A DNA stretch of 64,000 nucleotides from Octopus bimaculoides (taxonomy: Eukaryota): contig NC_068993.1 in the NCBI RefSeq assembly GCF_001194135.2, forward strand, positions 5,660,225 to 5,724,224, in the 5' to 3' direction. Shown here piece by piece: positions 63,041 through 64,000 of this stretch. Each line of letters begins with the position of its first letter. Within the stretch, counting starts at the first letter, position 1. A program made the position numbers and the translations under genes. The notes below the pieces were generated by a model. The model ran no database searches. It was given only the letters and a program-made list of their open reading frames with translations, and was not told the origin of the DNA.

Positions 63041-64000
63041 TGTGTGTATGCACACATATACACCTACATGTACATGGGACTGTGGATACGTACATATATA
63101 CATCATACATACGTACATACATATATACATGCGTATATGCATACATACATACACATACACATGTATGCATTTAAATATGAGCGCTCATTGAATACGAGTG
63201 TCTCAACGCTGAACTTTTGTAACGTAACACAATAATTTTCTAACATTTCTTCGTTAACCTTTTCAAGTTCGCTATTTACAAAATGGCGCTTTTCTACAAT
63301 CAAAACAAACAAAACCTTAAAATAAAATTTTAAAAAACTGCAAAATAAACTCAGAAAAAAATTAAATGCTAACAAGACATGCTTCACATGAAGCATAACT
63401 TTTACTCTTTGAATACTTCGTTTTTTTTTCCATTTCGTATCCGACAAAGGAACCTGTCTGAATCGATGGAATTAACATCTCCTCAAGACACACTTCTTAC
63501 TATTCTAGTATCTTCTATGGATATGAGGATGTGTTTTAGGTAGGTTCAGATGGTTTATTACATTCGTTAAATCAATGCAGACGACAGATAGGAGCGGCGG
63601 AGATGGTGGCGAGCATGTCGGTAACGGCGGAAAGGAAAAAATCATTTCTTCTTAAATTCCATTTTCTGAAGGTTATTGAACTGATTTTTGTGTGTGCCAA
63701 TGCGAATCGTCACGAGTTTCCTTGGAAAAAAACATTTTTTATTTCAATGTATTTGTCCTATGGTTTTGTTTGTTTTATTTATAATTTGTTTTTTTTTTGT
63801 TTAATGTCATCTTTTAAAATCTCAGTTGATACCAACTGTAACTAGTAACGTTCCACATGTAACTGTAAATTATACACCTGACAGGTATATATTTTCTTAT
63901 TCTTTTATCCCTGTATACACTATTTTATTGCTTATGTGTGTAGGATACTTCCATTTTATTTTACTTCATTATGGAGACGGATAGAATGTTGTACAATCTA

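Noticed and set aside
63603-63845. 80-aa ORF MVASMSVTAERKK... after a short GC-rich patch
   Set aside because: It runs into T-rich low-complexity sequence, has no recognisable domain, and lacks a convincing exon structure.

Overview
Eukaryotic draft-assembly DNA: AT-rich, dense in (TA)n/(CA)n/(GA)n/(GATA)n/trinucleotide microsatellites, with 22 N-gaps totalling roughly 7 kb. The SINE families and simple-repeat load resemble an octopod cephalopod (Octopus-like) genome; this is inference from recalled repeat consensus, not a database result. No protein-coding gene can be identified with confidence, and the window looks intronic or intergenic. Nearly all supplied ORFs are microsatellite or N-gap artefacts. 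Recognisable protein relics all come from mobile elements: a Penelope-like GIY-YIG endonuclease (3.4-3.8 kb), a piggyBac C-terminal Cys-rich domain (22.1-22.3 kb), an RTE-like RT C-terminus (33.6-33.9 kb), a CR1/L2-type LINE 3' end (56.7-57.25 kb) and an internally deleted Helitron Rep with a probable 3' terminus (57.25-58.1 kb). There are also over 30 copies of four interspersed repeat families (labelled A-D here) and several TA-flanked MITEs. Best leads: a one-substitution type I hammerhead ribozyme fold (60269-60344), a frame-preserving 24-bp minisatellite (39019-39201), a 3' tail shared by LINE relics and SINE family B, an exact ERSE motif (9160-9178), an 82-bp perfect-arm hairpin, and a few well-bounded but unverified candidate exons. 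No CRISPR array, rRNA or intact tRNA gene was found.
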